From a virus: 34,222 bases of DNA. The DNA lies in the UHGV virus genome UHGV-0086334; one strand, 5' to 3'. The position numbers and the translations under genes were made by a program. Below the pieces are notes generated by a model. It worked only from the letters and a program-made list of their open reading frames with translations. It did no database searches and was not told the origin of the DNA. Below, piece after piece: positions 1-10,760 of this stretch; within the stretch, counting starts at the first letter, position 1, and each line of letters begins with the position of its first letter.

Positions 1-174
1 TTTTGCTAGCTTGTCTAATTTATCTTTTCTTGGAGTTACCCCATTACACCATGCCTGAACTGATTGAGCCGTAACCCCAATATGGCGAGCTAACTCAGAT
101 TGAGACCAGCCTAAGTCTTTTAGAATCCGTTGTAGTCGGCTAGCAAAAGCCATGTTTTTCGTTTTTGTGTTCAT
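1..174 (-). CDS. XRE-family HTH repressor (CI-like), N-terminal part only; gene runs off the window start
   Basis: Minus-strand ATG at 174..172; my translation MNTKTKNMAFASRLQRILKDLGWSQSELARHIGVTAQSVQAWCNGVTPRKDKL has a classic HTH_3 motif; divergent to the cro-like gene. Confidence 0.7.
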   Translation of the reverse strand, partial: MNTKTKNMAFASRLQRILKDLGWSQSELARHIGVTAQSVQAWCNGVTPRKDKLDKLAK

Positions 175-180
175 ACCGTA

Positions 181-249
181 AGGATACAAGGTTTAATTGT
201 AGGGAGCATTGCAAATATAATTTGTAATTACAGTTATGATTTGTAATGA
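181..249. promoter_or_regulatory. Divergent immunity-region promoter/operator
   Basis: Intergenic region between divergent repressor genes with three TTTGTAAT-like repeats (191..202, 219..230, 238..249). Confidence 0.4.
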
Positions 250-503
250 TGGCGCGGACACAAGGAGTCCATATGGATAAACAACTGCAAGACAAAATTC
301 TTTCCGTAATGAGTCAATCCGAGTTAGGGCGGCGATTAGGGAAAAAACCACAAACGGTAAGCCTCTGGTTCAAAGGAAGGGTTCCCGGTGAAGAGGTTTT
401 GCGCACATCTGAAGCTCTTGAATGGCGCGTGACCCCCCATGATCTTAGACCGGATCTTTACCCAAACCCAGATGACAGCTTGCCTAAAACGAAAGCAGCT
501 TAA
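246..503 (+). CDS. Cro/YdaS-like HTH DNA-binding protein
   Basis: ORF track 246..503; motif SQSELGRRLGKKPQTVSLWFKG and C-terminal VTPHDLRPDLYPNP typical of Cro/YdaS-type regulators; true start may be ATG 273. Confidence 0.6.
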   Translation: MMARTQGVHMDKQLQDKILSVMSQSELGRRLGKKPQTVSLWFKGRVPGEEVLRTSEALEWRVTPHDLRPDLYPNPDDSLPKTKAA

Positions 504-561
504 CTGTTGGTGAGCCCCAAATCTGATTAAGCGTAATCAATTTTTAGCGACAGGAGACGCT

Positions 562-1038
562 ATGGAAAACCCAGAGGAATTACAAAAAGAGATTTTGACC
601 TGGGCGGCAAGGGCAGGGCAGGAACTCGTCACGATTGAAATCTGCCGGGCTTGGTTCAGTCAGGGACGCAATGATGAGTTGAGACTACATGAATTTGAGG
701 ACGCGGACGGCAATGTGGACTGGAGAGCCATCAACAACAATCGGCAGAAAATCTTTCGCTGGTTACGTGGCGAGACAACGGCAGCGCGCCGAAAAACTCA
801 GGTGCTGGCCAGTGTGATGAAAGCCGTGCTACCCGCAGAACGGCGGGCACGTCTGGAGTCGCCGGGCGATCCCGTTTTGCTGGCAACGCTGGCGGCAAAA
901 GAAGGTGTGGAGGCGATTAACGCTGTACATCTCCACTTCGCGCCAGAGTTAACTATTCAGGAAATTGACGAAGCAATAGCGGCGCTGGTAGCGACGCGAG
1001 GGGCAGTGATAAGCACTGCGCAAGACCACCATGCATGA
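562..1038 (+). CDS. YdaT-like protein (CII-type regulator analog)
   Basis: 158 aa directly downstream of the cro-like gene; NRQKIFRWLRGET block matches my recollection of the YdaT family. Confidence 0.5.
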   Translation: MENPEELQKEILTWAARAGQELVTIEICRAWFSQGRNDELRLHEFEDADGNVDWRAINNNRQKIFRWLRGETTAARRKTQVLASVMKAVLPAERRARLESPGDPVLLATLAAKEGVEAINAVHLHFAPELTIQEIDEAIAALVATRGAVISTAQDHHA

Positions 1039-1077
1039 GCGCCTGACCAGCGTTTAACTTATACCGAGGAAAGACCG

Positions 1078-1302
1078 ATGTTAAGACATATTGACCGCAT
1101 TACCTGGCGTAACGGCTGGCACCTGAATGGACGCCCGGCACATGTTGCAGAGATCCGCCCCATATTCGATGGCCGCGTCGCAGCTGCACGTTCTGTGTGG
1201 GAAAAGTACGAAGAAGAAAAAGCGAAACTGCGTGAGCAAAATCTCTCTGGCGCTGCCTATGAGGCTGGCTGTCGCGTTCTCTCCGAGGCTTTGGGCATAT
1301 GA
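1078..1302 (+). CDS. Hypothetical phage protein
   Basis: 74-aa ORF with start overlapping the next gene; no recognisable motif. Confidence 0.4.
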   Translation: MLRHIDRITWRNGWHLNGRPAHVAEIRPIFDGRVAAARSVWEKYEEEKAKLREQNLSGAAYEAGCRVLSEALGI

Positions 1303-2309
1303 ACATCCTCCCGTTACTTGATAGACCCATAGCCTTCCAGAGAAGTTTTATCCGTCTTGAAATGGGCGTGACTGCCGCATTGTTTCTGTCGCAGTTGACG
1401 TACTGGACAAACAGAACAACTGACGACGGCTGGGTATATAAAACCCAGGATGAGTGGGAAGAGGAAACAGGGCTTTCACGATACGAGCAGGAGGGCGCGC
1501 GCAAAAAACTACGTGGTCTCGGCATCTTGCTGGAACGTAAACAGGGCTTGCCTGCCAGGCTGTACTACAAAATCGATAATGATGTGTTGTGCCAGCTACT
1601 TACGTCCGCATACAAGGATGCGGAAAAACCACATACAGGTGAGGGGAAAACCACCAGGCCTGTACGTGGAAAACCAACAAACATTCTTACAGAGAATACA
1701 ACAGAGAATACTACAGAGATTATAGATCCCCCTAACCCCCAGGGGGGAGACGGCGACGAGACCATTCTCGCTGATGCTCAAAAAGCACTGGCCAGTTACA
1801 ACGAGCAAACCAACACGCGTTGTCGCGACGTTAAACCGTTCGTTACGCTGCTGACTCCGACAAAAACGCGAACCGGTTATACCGTCGCGGAAATCGAACT
1901 GGTGATCCGCTGGGTGTTGGCAACGTGGCACCGTCGTAGCGGTAGTATGCCCAAAATCGCAAATATTTGCCGTGTAGGACGCTTTGATGGCTACCTGGCT
2001 GACGCTGAGGCCTGGGCTGTCGCTGAGGCTGCTGTAGACCCCTCTGAGGTCGTTAACGGCTACAACGAGATTTTCGCTGATTTACTGCCTGAGGCTGAAA
2101 TCGATACAGACCGCCGCCGGGCGATCATGAAACTACTGGCACACATGCGGTCGCAAACTCTCGGGGCGTTCCTGGGGTATTTCGAAAAATTCCGTGATAC
2201 CGCACCTGAATTTTATTTCGGTGGTGAGGATCGCGACGGCTGGCGGGCAGGGTTTGATTACCTGATGAAACCGGAAACGCTGCGTAAAACCAGGGAGGGG
2301 GCATTATGA
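1299..2309 (+). CDS. Phage replication initiation protein (replisome organiser, O-functional analog)
   Basis: 336 aa; N-terminal YWTNRTTDDGWVYKTQDEWEEETGLSRYEQEGARKKLRGLGIL resembles winged-helix replication initiators; stop overlaps helicase start. Confidence 0.65.
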   Translation: MNILPLLDRPIAFQRSFIRLEMGVTAALFLSQLTYWTNRTTDDGWVYKTQDEWEEETGLSRYEQEGARKKLRGLGILLERKQGLPARLYYKIDNDVLCQLLTSAYKDAEKPHTGEGKTTRPVRGKPTNILTENTTENTTEIIDPPNPQGGDGDETILADAQKALASYNEQTNTRCRDVKPFVTLLTPTKTRTGYTVAEIELVIRWVLATWHRRSGSMPKIANICRVGRFDGYLADAEAWAVAEAAVDPSEVVNGYNEIFADLLPEAEIDTDRRRAIMKLLAHMRSQTLGAFLGYFEKFRDTAPEFYFGGEDRDGWRAGFDYLMKPETLRKTREGAL

Positions 2310-3697
2310 ATCCGGAAGAACTGGAAGCGATCGTTCTCGCTGGTCTGATTAACGGTGGCGCGACGCCTGACGCGTTTGATGTGATTGCCACCACTCCGGA
2401 GGAAGCTTTCAGCATTGTGTTTCACCGCCGCGCTTTTAGCGAAATCAAAAAGCAGGCGCTGGCGAACGGCTTCATAGACATGCTGTTTCTCAGTGAATCG
2501 CTGGGCGGTTCCAGCCTTGCGGACCTGTCTCAGATATCCCGAATCCCGGCGACGGTAGCGAATCTGAAAGGCTATGCCGGGAAAATGGTGCAGGCGTGGC
2601 GGAGCCGCAAAATGGCGGCATTGTTGCAATCTGGCGCGGATGGTATCCGTAACGCTGTAAACCAGAGTCAGCGTGATGAGGTTATTGAATCTCATGTTGC
2701 TCAGGTGCTGGATATGAGCGCCGCTACCGGCACAGTCCAGCCGGTACACATCAAAGAGCTATTACCGCTCTACATTGACACCGTTGATAAACGGATGTCT
2801 GGCGACGCGCAGGAAATGATGCTGAAAACCGGAGTCGAGGATCTGGATATCGCCCTGGGCGGTATCAACATGACCGACCTTGTTGTGGTTGCCGGTCGTC
2901 CAGGCATGGGGAAAACGGAATTTACCCTGAAGATTATCGACGGCGTTACCGCAGATGGCGGCGGCGCACTGTTTTTCAGCATGGAAATGGGCGCTCAGCA
3001 GATTGTTGAACGTACCGTTGCCGGGGCTGGGAATATGTCCTCATCGCGTCTACGTAATCCAAAAGAAATGGACGATGAGGACTGGTCGCGATTAACCGCT
3101 GCGCTGGAGACCATGCAGGATCGCGATATCTGGATTGTCGATGCCACTGATTTGACGATTGAGCAGATCCGCGCCATTGCAGAAACTCATAAACGCCGTT
3201 ATCCGCACCTGAAGCTGATTGGTGTTGATTACATGGGCCTGATCAAAAAACCGAAGGCCGAGCGCCACGATCTCGCTGTGGGGCATATCTCCCGCAACAT
3301 GAAGACTATGGCCATGCGTCTGCATACCCCTGTGTTTGCTCTTAGCCAGCTTTCCCGCCAGGTGGATTCTCGACCGACTGGCCAGCGTCGCCCGGTAATG
3401 TCGGACCTGCGCGATTCCGGCAGTGTTGAGCAGGACGCTGACAGCATTTTGTTTTTGTATCGCGATGACGTTTACACACCTGATTCACCTGCAAAGGGTA
3501 TCGCTGAGGTGATTATTGGTAAAAACCGTTCTGGCGGGGCAGGTGAAATTATTTATCAGGAATTCAGGAATGGGCATTTCCTGCCAGTTGATCAACATGT
3601 AGCGCGCGAAAAATTACGCATCCAGAAGGAGTCAGAACAACCGAGAAAACGTGAAAAACGGTATTCAAACAAAAACTTTAATACGGACCCATTTTAA
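2306..3697 (+). CDS. DnaB-family replicative helicase
   Basis: 463 aa; Walker A GRPGMGKTEF, LIGVDYMGLI, FALSQLSRQV, RDSGSVEQDADSILFLYRDD are the DnaB C-terminal helicase blocks. Confidence 0.9.
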   Translation: MNPEELEAIVLAGLINGGATPDAFDVIATTPEEAFSIVFHRRAFSEIKKQALANGFIDMLFLSESLGGSSLADLSQISRIPATVANLKGYAGKMVQAWRSRKMAALLQSGADGIRNAVNQSQRDEVIESHVAQVLDMSAATGTVQPVHIKELLPLYIDTVDKRMSGDAQEMMLKTGVEDLDIALGGINMTDLVVVAGRPGMGKTEFTLKIIDGVTADGGGALFFSMEMGAQQIVERTVAGAGNMSSSRLRNPKEMDDEDWSRLTAALETMQDRDIWIVDATDLTIEQIRAIAETHKRRYPHLKLIGVDYMGLIKKPKAERHDLAVGHISRNMKTMAMRLHTPVFALSQLSRQVDSRPTGQRRPVMSDLRDSGSVEQDADSILFLYRDDVYTPDSPAKGIAEVIIGKNRSGGAGEIIYQEFRNGHFLPVDQHVAREKLRIQKESEQPRKREKRYSNKNFNTDPF

Positions 3698-3735
3698 CCA
3701 CGTCTGACCAGCGTGAAATAACCGAGGAAAGACCA

Positions 3736-4137
3736 ATGACCCAATTAATTAACCACACGAGTGCGCACTATAGTGACGACGGTAAAAACTACCTGGATTC
3801 AATTCTGTGGCACATGAACGCAGCCGCGCGAGCACGTACCCGCTCGACATATTGTCCGCCACCTAAAAACACTGACGTTGTGGTAATTGCAAAACCTGAG
3901 CACGTAGCAGTTATCCGCCCGGCAGAAATAACATCAGGGACTGCCAAAACGCATACCGGCGTTGTTATTAAAAATACTGGCGAGCGCACAGTAAAACTCC
4001 GTGAAACAGCGACTGCGTGGTCTGCGGGTGTAAGGGAGAACTACGATAAAAAAACAGGTTACCGCTTAGGCGCATCAGGCAGCACCCGGTTGTTACTCGA
4101 CACCGTGAAGCCCATCAGGAAGAAGGGCAAAAAATAA
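3736..4137 (+). CDS. Hypothetical phage protein
   Basis: 133-aa ORF in nin-like region, co-oriented and tightly packed with neighbours. Confidence 0.45.
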   Translation: MTQLINHTSAHYSDDGKNYLDSILWHMNAAARARTRSTYCPPPKNTDVVVIAKPEHVAVIRPAEITSGTAKTHTGVVIKNTGERTVKLRETATAWSAGVRENYDKKTGYRLGASGSTRLLLDTVKPIRKKGKK

Positions 4138-4370
4138 TGACTGGCGCAGATTATCTCCCGGCTGGGTTGCCACACAACAGGGCAGCATGGCCGCAGGAGT
4201 ATCAAATACTGGAACATTACGATTTGCGCGCCGCCGGGCTGATTCGCCAGTTATACGAAAAACGAATACCACGCGGCACCGTTACAGAGGCGTTGAAAAA
4301 CACTCCTGATAATTACCGGGAGTTTTTCAGGGACCGACTGAATTACTGGAGAGGGGAACGAGAAAAATGA
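4137..4370 (+). CDS. Hypothetical phage protein
   Basis: 77-aa ORF, start overlaps previous stop. Confidence 0.4.
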   Translation: MTGADYLPAGLPHNRAAWPQEYQILEHYDLRAAGLIRQLYEKRIPRGTVTEALKNTPDNYREFFRDRLNYWRGEREK

Positions 4371-4591
4371 ACGAAATTTTACTCGCATTTATTCCACGAT
4401 TTATTAACGACAAGGTGGCGTTGAGTGCCGTTAATGATCAATACGAAATTGTATGCAGCATGATCGACATTATCCCCGGTGAGCAGTATGACGCGATGTG
4501 TGACCTGAAAATATTAACGTGGTTGGGGTGGGCCATTCCGTGTGGAGAGCCAACAAATATTCGCCCGTTTGAGGGCAGGGAGGCTGTATGA
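4367..4591 (+). CDS. Hypothetical phage protein
   Basis: 74-aa ORF, ATGA-type overlap with neighbours. Confidence 0.4.
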   Translation: MNEILLAFIPRFINDKVALSAVNDQYEIVCSMIDIIPGEQYDAMCDLKILTWLGWAIPCGEPTNIRPFEGREAV

Positions 4592-4704
4592 GTGAGTTGA
4601 AAATACGTCGCAAGACAATAGCACGCGTTAAAAATCCATTACCGGCCCCCGCCGAATGCCATTTTTGTGGTGGGAATGTACGGATTGGTACGTATGTATG
4701 GTGA
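4588..4704 (+). CDS. Small hypothetical protein (38 aa, Cys-containing)
   Basis: My reading: ATG 4588 with GGGAGG RBS, translation MSELKIRRKTIARVKNPLPAPAECHFCGGNVRIGTYVW; below ORF-track cutoff. Confidence 0.3.
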   Translation: MSELKIRRKTIARVKNPLPAPAECHFCGGNVRIGTYVW

Positions 4705-4778
4705 TTGCGAAGTGACGTAAAACGAATCGTTGTGGGTGTAATATCGTCAATATCATTGGTTTCCTGGAGGGAAAGGAT

Positions 4779-5000
4779 ATGTTTGGCGATAACCTGGAGT
4801 TACCACGGAACGGGCGGATAGTGCTCTATATTTCAGATTACAAAGTAACCAGGGCTGAGGTGTTGGAACCGGAAAAACATTTGGTCACGTTACCGGACAT
4901 TATTGAGTTGTATAAGCGGGTCGGATATGTGGACTTGCATCGCGATGATGTTCCCGTTGAGTGTATGGAATGTGAACACCGGAGGTTTGAAGTTGATTGA
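4779..5000 (+). CDS. Hypothetical phage protein
   Basis: 73-aa ORF with GGAGGG RBS upstream. Confidence 0.4.
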   Translation: MFGDNLELPRNGRIVLYISDYKVTRAEVLEPEKHLVTLPDIIELYKRVGYVDLHRDDVPVECMECEHRRFEVD

Positions 5001-5001
5001 A

Positions 5002-5030
5002 TTGACTTAGAAAAAGCCCGGGGCTATAGT
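5002..5030 (+). promoter_or_regulatory. Near-consensus sigma70 promoter
   Basis: TTGACT (5002..5007), 17-nt spacer, TATAGT (5025..5030). Confidence 0.5.
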
Positions 5031-5092
5031 TTCCGCGCAGCCGCAAAATCGGTTGCCGGGATTTGCACCCCGGATATCTAAAAGGCGACAAC

Positions 5093-5112
5093 GACGCGCC
5101 AGCGTCTTTTTT
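5093..5112 (+). terminator. Intrinsic terminator-like hairpin
   Basis: GACGC-gcca-GCGTC followed by TTTTTT, about 60 nt downstream of the promoter and before the antirepressor gene. Confidence 0.5.
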
Positions 5113-5272
5113 ATTGTCGTGCGCACAGCCACATCCGCGATTTATGGTGGGGCGTGTAGGGGAGTCGAAAGGCTCGCCGGGTCCTTTTAGCCGGTAGTGC
5201 AAACCCTGCATGTCTCACCACCCAAAGATTTGCACCTGAGGGGGGTGATTATCCGACTAAAAGGAAATCGCT

Positions 5273-6067
5273 ATGACAACTCAAGTATCCGCAGCAGCCA
5301 TCTCCCCGATTATCCACAACCAACTTCCCGTCCTCACCACCGAGTTACTCGCGAATCTCTATGGCACAGAGCCGGATTACATTCGTAAAAACCATAACCG
5401 GAACTCAGAGCGATTCGTGGTCGGGAAGCATTACTTTTTGCTCGAAGGTGAGGAGTTGCGCGAATTTAAGCACAGCATGTCTTTAAGACCTCCTGTGAAA
5501 ATCGCCAGAAATGTCCGCTCTCTCATCCTCTGGACAGAACGCGGCGCAGCTCGCCATGCCAAAATGCTGGAAACAGAACAGGCCTGGGAAGTTTTCGAAA
5601 AGCTGGAAGATTGTTATTTTAGCCAGCGTCCAGAGAGGCGGAGTACAACCACCGATGACCGTACTCCCTTACGTGATGCCGTTAATATGCTGGTCGGCAA
5701 GAAAGGCATGATGTATCCCGATGCCTACACCATGATTCACCAACGTTTCGCCGTCTCTCACATAGAACAACTGTCACAGACGCAAATGTTAGAGGCGATT
5801 GAATACATCCACTGCCTGCTGCTCGATGAAAATCAGCCAACCATTCCAGATTTTTCTTTTATCACCACTATCAAAAATGGAAAAGTGACCAGAATGCGCC
5901 ATGTTGCCAAAGGCGAACATCTGATGACCTTTGACGCTTTCAAAGAGATCGCTGAGCGGGCTGGGTATCTGGTGATCCACAGCGACAACCTGCGAAGTAT
6001 GACGTTGGATAAATTGATGCTAATGGGAAAAAAGTCGGCTGTATCTGTTGCTGACTCAGCATTTTGA
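5273..6067 (+). CDS. Antirepressor-like protein with ORF6N domain
   Basis: 264 aa; LPVLTTELLANLYGTEPDYIRKNHNRNSERFVVGKHYFLLEGEELREFK fits the ORF6N/KilA-N-type N-terminal antirepressor domain. Confidence 0.6.
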   Translation: MTTQVSAAAISPIIHNQLPVLTTELLANLYGTEPDYIRKNHNRNSERFVVGKHYFLLEGEELREFKHSMSLRPPVKIARNVRSLILWTERGAARHAKMLETEQAWEVFEKLEDCYFSQRPERRSTTTDDRTPLRDAVNMLVGKKGMMYPDAYTMIHQRFAVSHIEQLSQTQMLEAIEYIHCLLLDENQPTIPDFSFITTIKNGKVTRMRHVAKGEHLMTFDAFKEIAERAGYLVIHSDNLRSMTLDKLMLMGKKSAVSVADSAF

Positions 6068-6244
6068 CAGGTTGAATGTTTGGTGCGGTTATACTCTATT
6101 TGCGCTTAAAAAGGTATTTAGTCACAACCAGCACGAGGCCGAATACTCTGTCAAAGTACCGCCCATGTAAAACTGTAACGTATGTACTTGATGACTAAGC
6201 TGGCACCAGGTTAACACCAGGCGCCAGCTTGAAGGAAACTTCAG

Positions 6245-7168
6245 TTATTGGTTTCTGAGGAAAGCGATTCTTGAAAGGGTCATTTGCGTCTGGCAGTCGA
6301 CCATTTTCTTGACTTCAGCATCTGTTCCCTGCATTGAAACTTTACCGCACATAGCATCCTTAGTTTTGATCCACTGACGCTGAGAAGGCAGCAACTCTTT
6401 TTTCTTCGCCGGCGTTAACCTGCCCCAGACTGTATTCAAATCAGAGTCAGCATTCGCAAATGCCATTCGGGACTGATCAAGGCTTTCAGCTTTTTGCGGC
6501 TGAAGTTGTGCCTGCCTCTCTATTTGCTTCTCCGCCTCATACTTAGCCTGTTCCTGCGCCCTGAGTTGCACCTGTTGTTCCGCTTCAATTTGGCTCTGTA
6601 GGGCATCCTTAGCCTGCTGGATTTTCTGCTGCTCAACGATCGGGTTGATAATAGAAAGTGATGTCAGTAAAGCGGCGCCCACTGATATCGGATTATCAGA
6701 AGAGGTTTTTACAAAAACGTTTTTCTGATCGTCGGTCGCCTGCACGGTGTAGGTGATACGTTTGGAAAAGGCGTTTGCGTTGTTCTCCAAAAACAGGCTT
6801 TCCATTTGCTTGTCGAGATTACGATTAAAATTCTTTCTGTAAGCATCTGAAAGCTGGACGTATTCGTTCGCAGGTAGAGTCATCGTCACGGTCCCTTCAC
6901 AAGTTTTCATTGTGCTGCCCGTGTCACTTGATGTTGTGGAGATTTCAGAGATGGCTAGTTTGATCTTGTCCAGTGTGCTTCGTTTGGTCTGATTAGTGAC
7001 ATCAGGGTATTTATCGACCTGTTCAGAGAGTCCTTCATAAACAGATTTTTTTAATAAATCCATGAGAGCTGATTGGGTCATTTCCGAAGAACAACCGATC
7101 TCATCTTTTTTGTTATCACAGCCTGTAAGGGCAATGGCGAGTAAGAGTACTGAGTATTTTAATCTCAT
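6245..7168 (-). CDS. Lipoprotein with C-terminal DUF1311/LprI-like domain
   Basis: 307 aa; signal peptide with lipobox LTGC; coiled-coil Q/E-rich middle; C-terminal SQRQWIKTKDAMC...C resembles the DUF1311 (lysozyme-inhibitor LprI) motif. Confidence 0.55.
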   Translation of the reverse strand: MRLKYSVLLLAIALTGCDNKKDEIGCSSEMTQSALMDLLKKSVYEGLSEQVDKYPDVTNQTKRSTLDKIKLAISEISTTSSDTGSTMKTCEGTVTMTLPANEYVQLSDAYRKNFNRNLDKQMESLFLENNANAFSKRITYTVQATDDQKNVFVKTSSDNPISVGAALLTSLSIINPIVEQQKIQQAKDALQSQIEAEQQVQLRAQEQAKYEAEKQIERQAQLQPQKAESLDQSRMAFANADSDLNTVWGRLTPAKKKELLPSQRQWIKTKDAMCGKVSMQGTDAEVKKMVDCQTQMTLSRIAFLRNQ

Positions 7169-7620
7169 GAATTCCCTTTAGAGTAAGGATTGGTTTTTAA
7201 GACGCGGTCTGTAATCAGTTCCGAGAGCTATAGTAAACAACGCTGAGCACTGAACGCATCACAGGCAAGGTAAAAGGTGATATCGGCAAAGGCTGTGAAA
7301 CCTTTAATTCAACAGATGGGAACGGTATGCGCAGGATCCTGTAACGACGCTCCCAAAACCGGAAACCTGTAAGGCAGGTTTTCGCTGCTGAACTTAATAT
7401 ACGAACCTGCACTTTCATGAACATATTTTATATCGTTATAGCCCTAGTGATTGCGCCCGGCAATAGATAGTGTCCTGGAGGAACTATTTCTACTGTAAAA
7501 GGTAGACATTTAATTTCAGTGTGGAATTATTCCCTGCTGTTAATAACAATGGCTGTATCTGGCACCGAGTAGGCATTGATTTTTTTAAATTCAATTGCGT
7601 TATTAATATTACTTCATTTT

Positions 7621-8181
7621 TTATTTTAAAGTACAGCCTGCCCGAAATGCACTGCTAATTTCAACATATTCCGCTCTGGCCGTACCTCTAAGTTTCTGAG
7701 ACTCACGTTCAAAACTCGCCAAATCTTCCTTACATTTTGCCGAAGTAGACTGGAATCCTTTCCCGCACATCTGAAATGTGACTGTCGGATCCGCAAATCG
7801 GGTACGCTGGGCGTAAGCCTGGCAAACAGCGGATGCCCTCGCTTGTTTTTGTCGTGGGCTTAACGGGCGTGCTGGTGTAGCCTGTTCTGCCCTCTCCATT
7901 TTCAGGCGGTAGCAGCTTAAATTACGAGAGGCGATCACCTTTTTAATAGCCTGGGCGCGGCGATAATTTTCATTAAATTCAGGATGAGATGATGGATTAA
8001 GGTTGAGCAATGGCTCTATATTATCTTCTGCCTGGCAAAGCTGTGAATCGGTGTACTGCGCAAGTTTTGCCGCCTCGATTGCAGCCGGATCTGGTTGTGA
8101 ATTTTTTGGGGTATGGCTTACACATCCGGACAGCGTAAATCCAGCGGTCAGTGCTAAGATGATTTTTGATATTCCGTTCAT
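7621..8181 (-). CDS. Lipoprotein, unknown function
   Basis: 186 aa; N-terminal MNGISKIILALTAGFTLSGC signal peptide with lipobox; several Cys. Confidence 0.5.
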   Translation of the reverse strand: MNGISKIILALTAGFTLSGCVSHTPKNSQPDPAAIEAAKLAQYTDSQLCQAEDNIEPLLNLNPSSHPEFNENYRRAQAIKKVIASRNLSCYRLKMERAEQATPARPLSPRQKQARASAVCQAYAQRTRFADPTVTFQMCGKGFQSTSAKCKEDLASFERESQKLRGTARAEYVEISSAFRAGCTLK

Positions 8182-8312
8182 TTTCTATTCCTGTTTCGAT
8201 GTTTTGGTGGTGCACTTTTCCCACTCGGATAAGATTATGCATTCGGATTCGAGTGATGAGGCAACGCCATATAGGCGATGGCAGCCAGCACGATGGTGAT
8301 TAAAATATTTAA

Positions 8313-9548
8313 TCAGAATTTCCGTTCTTTCCAGCGTTTAACCAACGCGGCCATGTTCAGCGGCCATAATTTAGGCTCAATCACTTTGCCTTCAAACATC
8401 GCGCCGAGCTCAATACCTGGGGCAAAATGTACGGTCATTGTTTCAGGGTTGACGGCCATCAGCTCTGCGTCTAGTAAGTCGTGTATCGTTGGAGTCAACA
8501 ACAGGCCATTATCAGCGCTAAAATTGCCTGAGGTAGCTGGCTCAATGTGCGCCGCTTGCAATCGTTCGCCGTTCTGCCAGCCAGTCACCGCGCAACGGCC
8601 AGCAAAATTATTCCATACCCATTCAACGAACTGCATATGCGCCGTCGCGTCGCGCTGCTCAACGATGCGCTGCGCGGTTCGGGTACTGTGGAGTTTGACA
8701 GGTTGGCCAAGCGCGGGCGCGGGTTTATCTTCCTCCACGACTACCACTACTTCCTGCGACATGATGATTCGATCATCGGCTACCAGTTCCGGAACAACAT
8801 CGGCCAGCTTCTCGGCTTCTCGGATGATTTGCTTTTCTTCCTGATCATCCAGGTACCGCTGCACCAGTTCAATGGTCGTGGTGGCTTCATGCTGGTGTTT
8901 GTGGATATAAAGCTCAACATCACGACGCTGGCTGGCTGGAATGTGTTTTGCCAGAAAATCCTGTAGGACGCGATTATCCAGCTTTGTCGTAACTTTTGAT
9001 GTCATGCTCACAGAATCATACCGTTTCGGTGTTTCCATCTGCGTTGATTGCAGGCCTGGTAATTCGGTGTTGATTTGAGCGGAAACCTTGCGCGGGATGA
9101 TTGTCGGCGTAAATGCTGGCGTGCTGGCCTGGGACGTGCCACGGCGACGGGCATTCTCCCAAAGGGCTTCTGTTTCAGGGTTTTTGCGTGCGCCTGGCTT
9201 TTGCATAGGCATAGTGCGAATCAGCGCTTCCCAGCCCATATTGACCTTCTGTTTGGCCTCGCGGCGTTTATCGGCCAGCGTAGGTTTTGATGGTCGTTTT
9301 TTGGAGAGCGCTTTCTCTGGTTTTAATTTGATGCCGCGCGATAAACCATTTATCAGTGTTGGATGCACTGATAAGGCTTTGGCCAATTGCAAACCGTTTA
9401 AATTGCTGCCATCTGTATAAGCGTACATAAACAAATCCGCCCAGCCATCATGTTGAGGGGTCATACCCACGCTGGTTAAGGCTGCGCGAATCTCTTTTTT
9501 GCGAGCTTTGTCCAAGTTAAATTTTGGGGTTTTATTTCGCTTAGTCAT
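8313..9548 (-). CDS. HNH-family nuclease domain protein
   Basis: 411 aa; C-terminal CAVTGW-x7-LQAAHIEP-x10-NGLLLTPTIHDLLD matches an HNH-type nuclease core; N-terminal 300 aa basic, unassigned. Confidence 0.6.
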   Translation of the reverse strand: MTKRNKTPKFNLDKARKKEIRAALTSVGMTPQHDGWADLFMYAYTDGSNLNGLQLAKALSVHPTLINGLSRGIKLKPEKALSKKRPSKPTLADKRREAKQKVNMGWEALIRTMPMQKPGARKNPETEALWENARRRGTSQASTPAFTPTIIPRKVSAQINTELPGLQSTQMETPKRYDSVSMTSKVTTKLDNRVLQDFLAKHIPASQRRDVELYIHKHQHEATTTIELVQRYLDDQEEKQIIREAEKLADVVPELVADDRIIMSQEVVVVVEEDKPAPALGQPVKLHSTRTAQRIVEQRDATAHMQFVEWVWNNFAGRCAVTGWQNGERLQAAHIEPATSGNFSADNGLLLTPTIHDLLDAELMAVNPETMTVHFAPGIELGAMFEGKVIEPKLWPLNMAALVKRWKERKF

Positions 9549-9628
9549 TTCAGTTCAGCACACTAATAATGGTAACCATGACCGCAGCAAACACGATCCC
9601 CGAAATATTCATTACTGCCATATATTGG

Positions 9629-10480
<852 letters not shown>

Positions 10481-10512
10481 TCATGTCAATTGACAACTTA
10501 TAGTTCCCACTA

Positions 10513-10606
10513 GTTAGCATTAAGATTTTTACAGTGAGGAATAATCAATGTCCGCTCCTGGCACAGAGTGGACGAACAACTGAAGACCCGCTGTGAGCGA
10601 GAAACA
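10513..10606 (+). repeat. Structured cassette-boundary repeat, copy 1 (most diverged)
   Basis: GTTAGC motif, hairpin GTCCGCT/AGTGGAC (10550..10573), then ACTGAAG and CGCTGTGAGCGAG shared with copies 2 and 3. Confidence 0.55.
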
Positions 10607-10760
10607 GACATCACAACTCACAAGGATTATACGCAGTTTGTTATCCAAACATACGGGTGCCAAGTGTTATAATCCGGCACTAACAGCATGATGCTTGGAA
10701 GTACATTTAAATGTAAAATGATAGTGTACTCTGACTGAAGCCTGGTAAAAAGGAACTGAT

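Noticed and set aside
8278-8966. Plus-strand ORFs 8278..8844 and 8547..8966
   Set aside because: Antisense to the HNH-domain gene, Ser/Ala/Cys-rich composition, no RBS.
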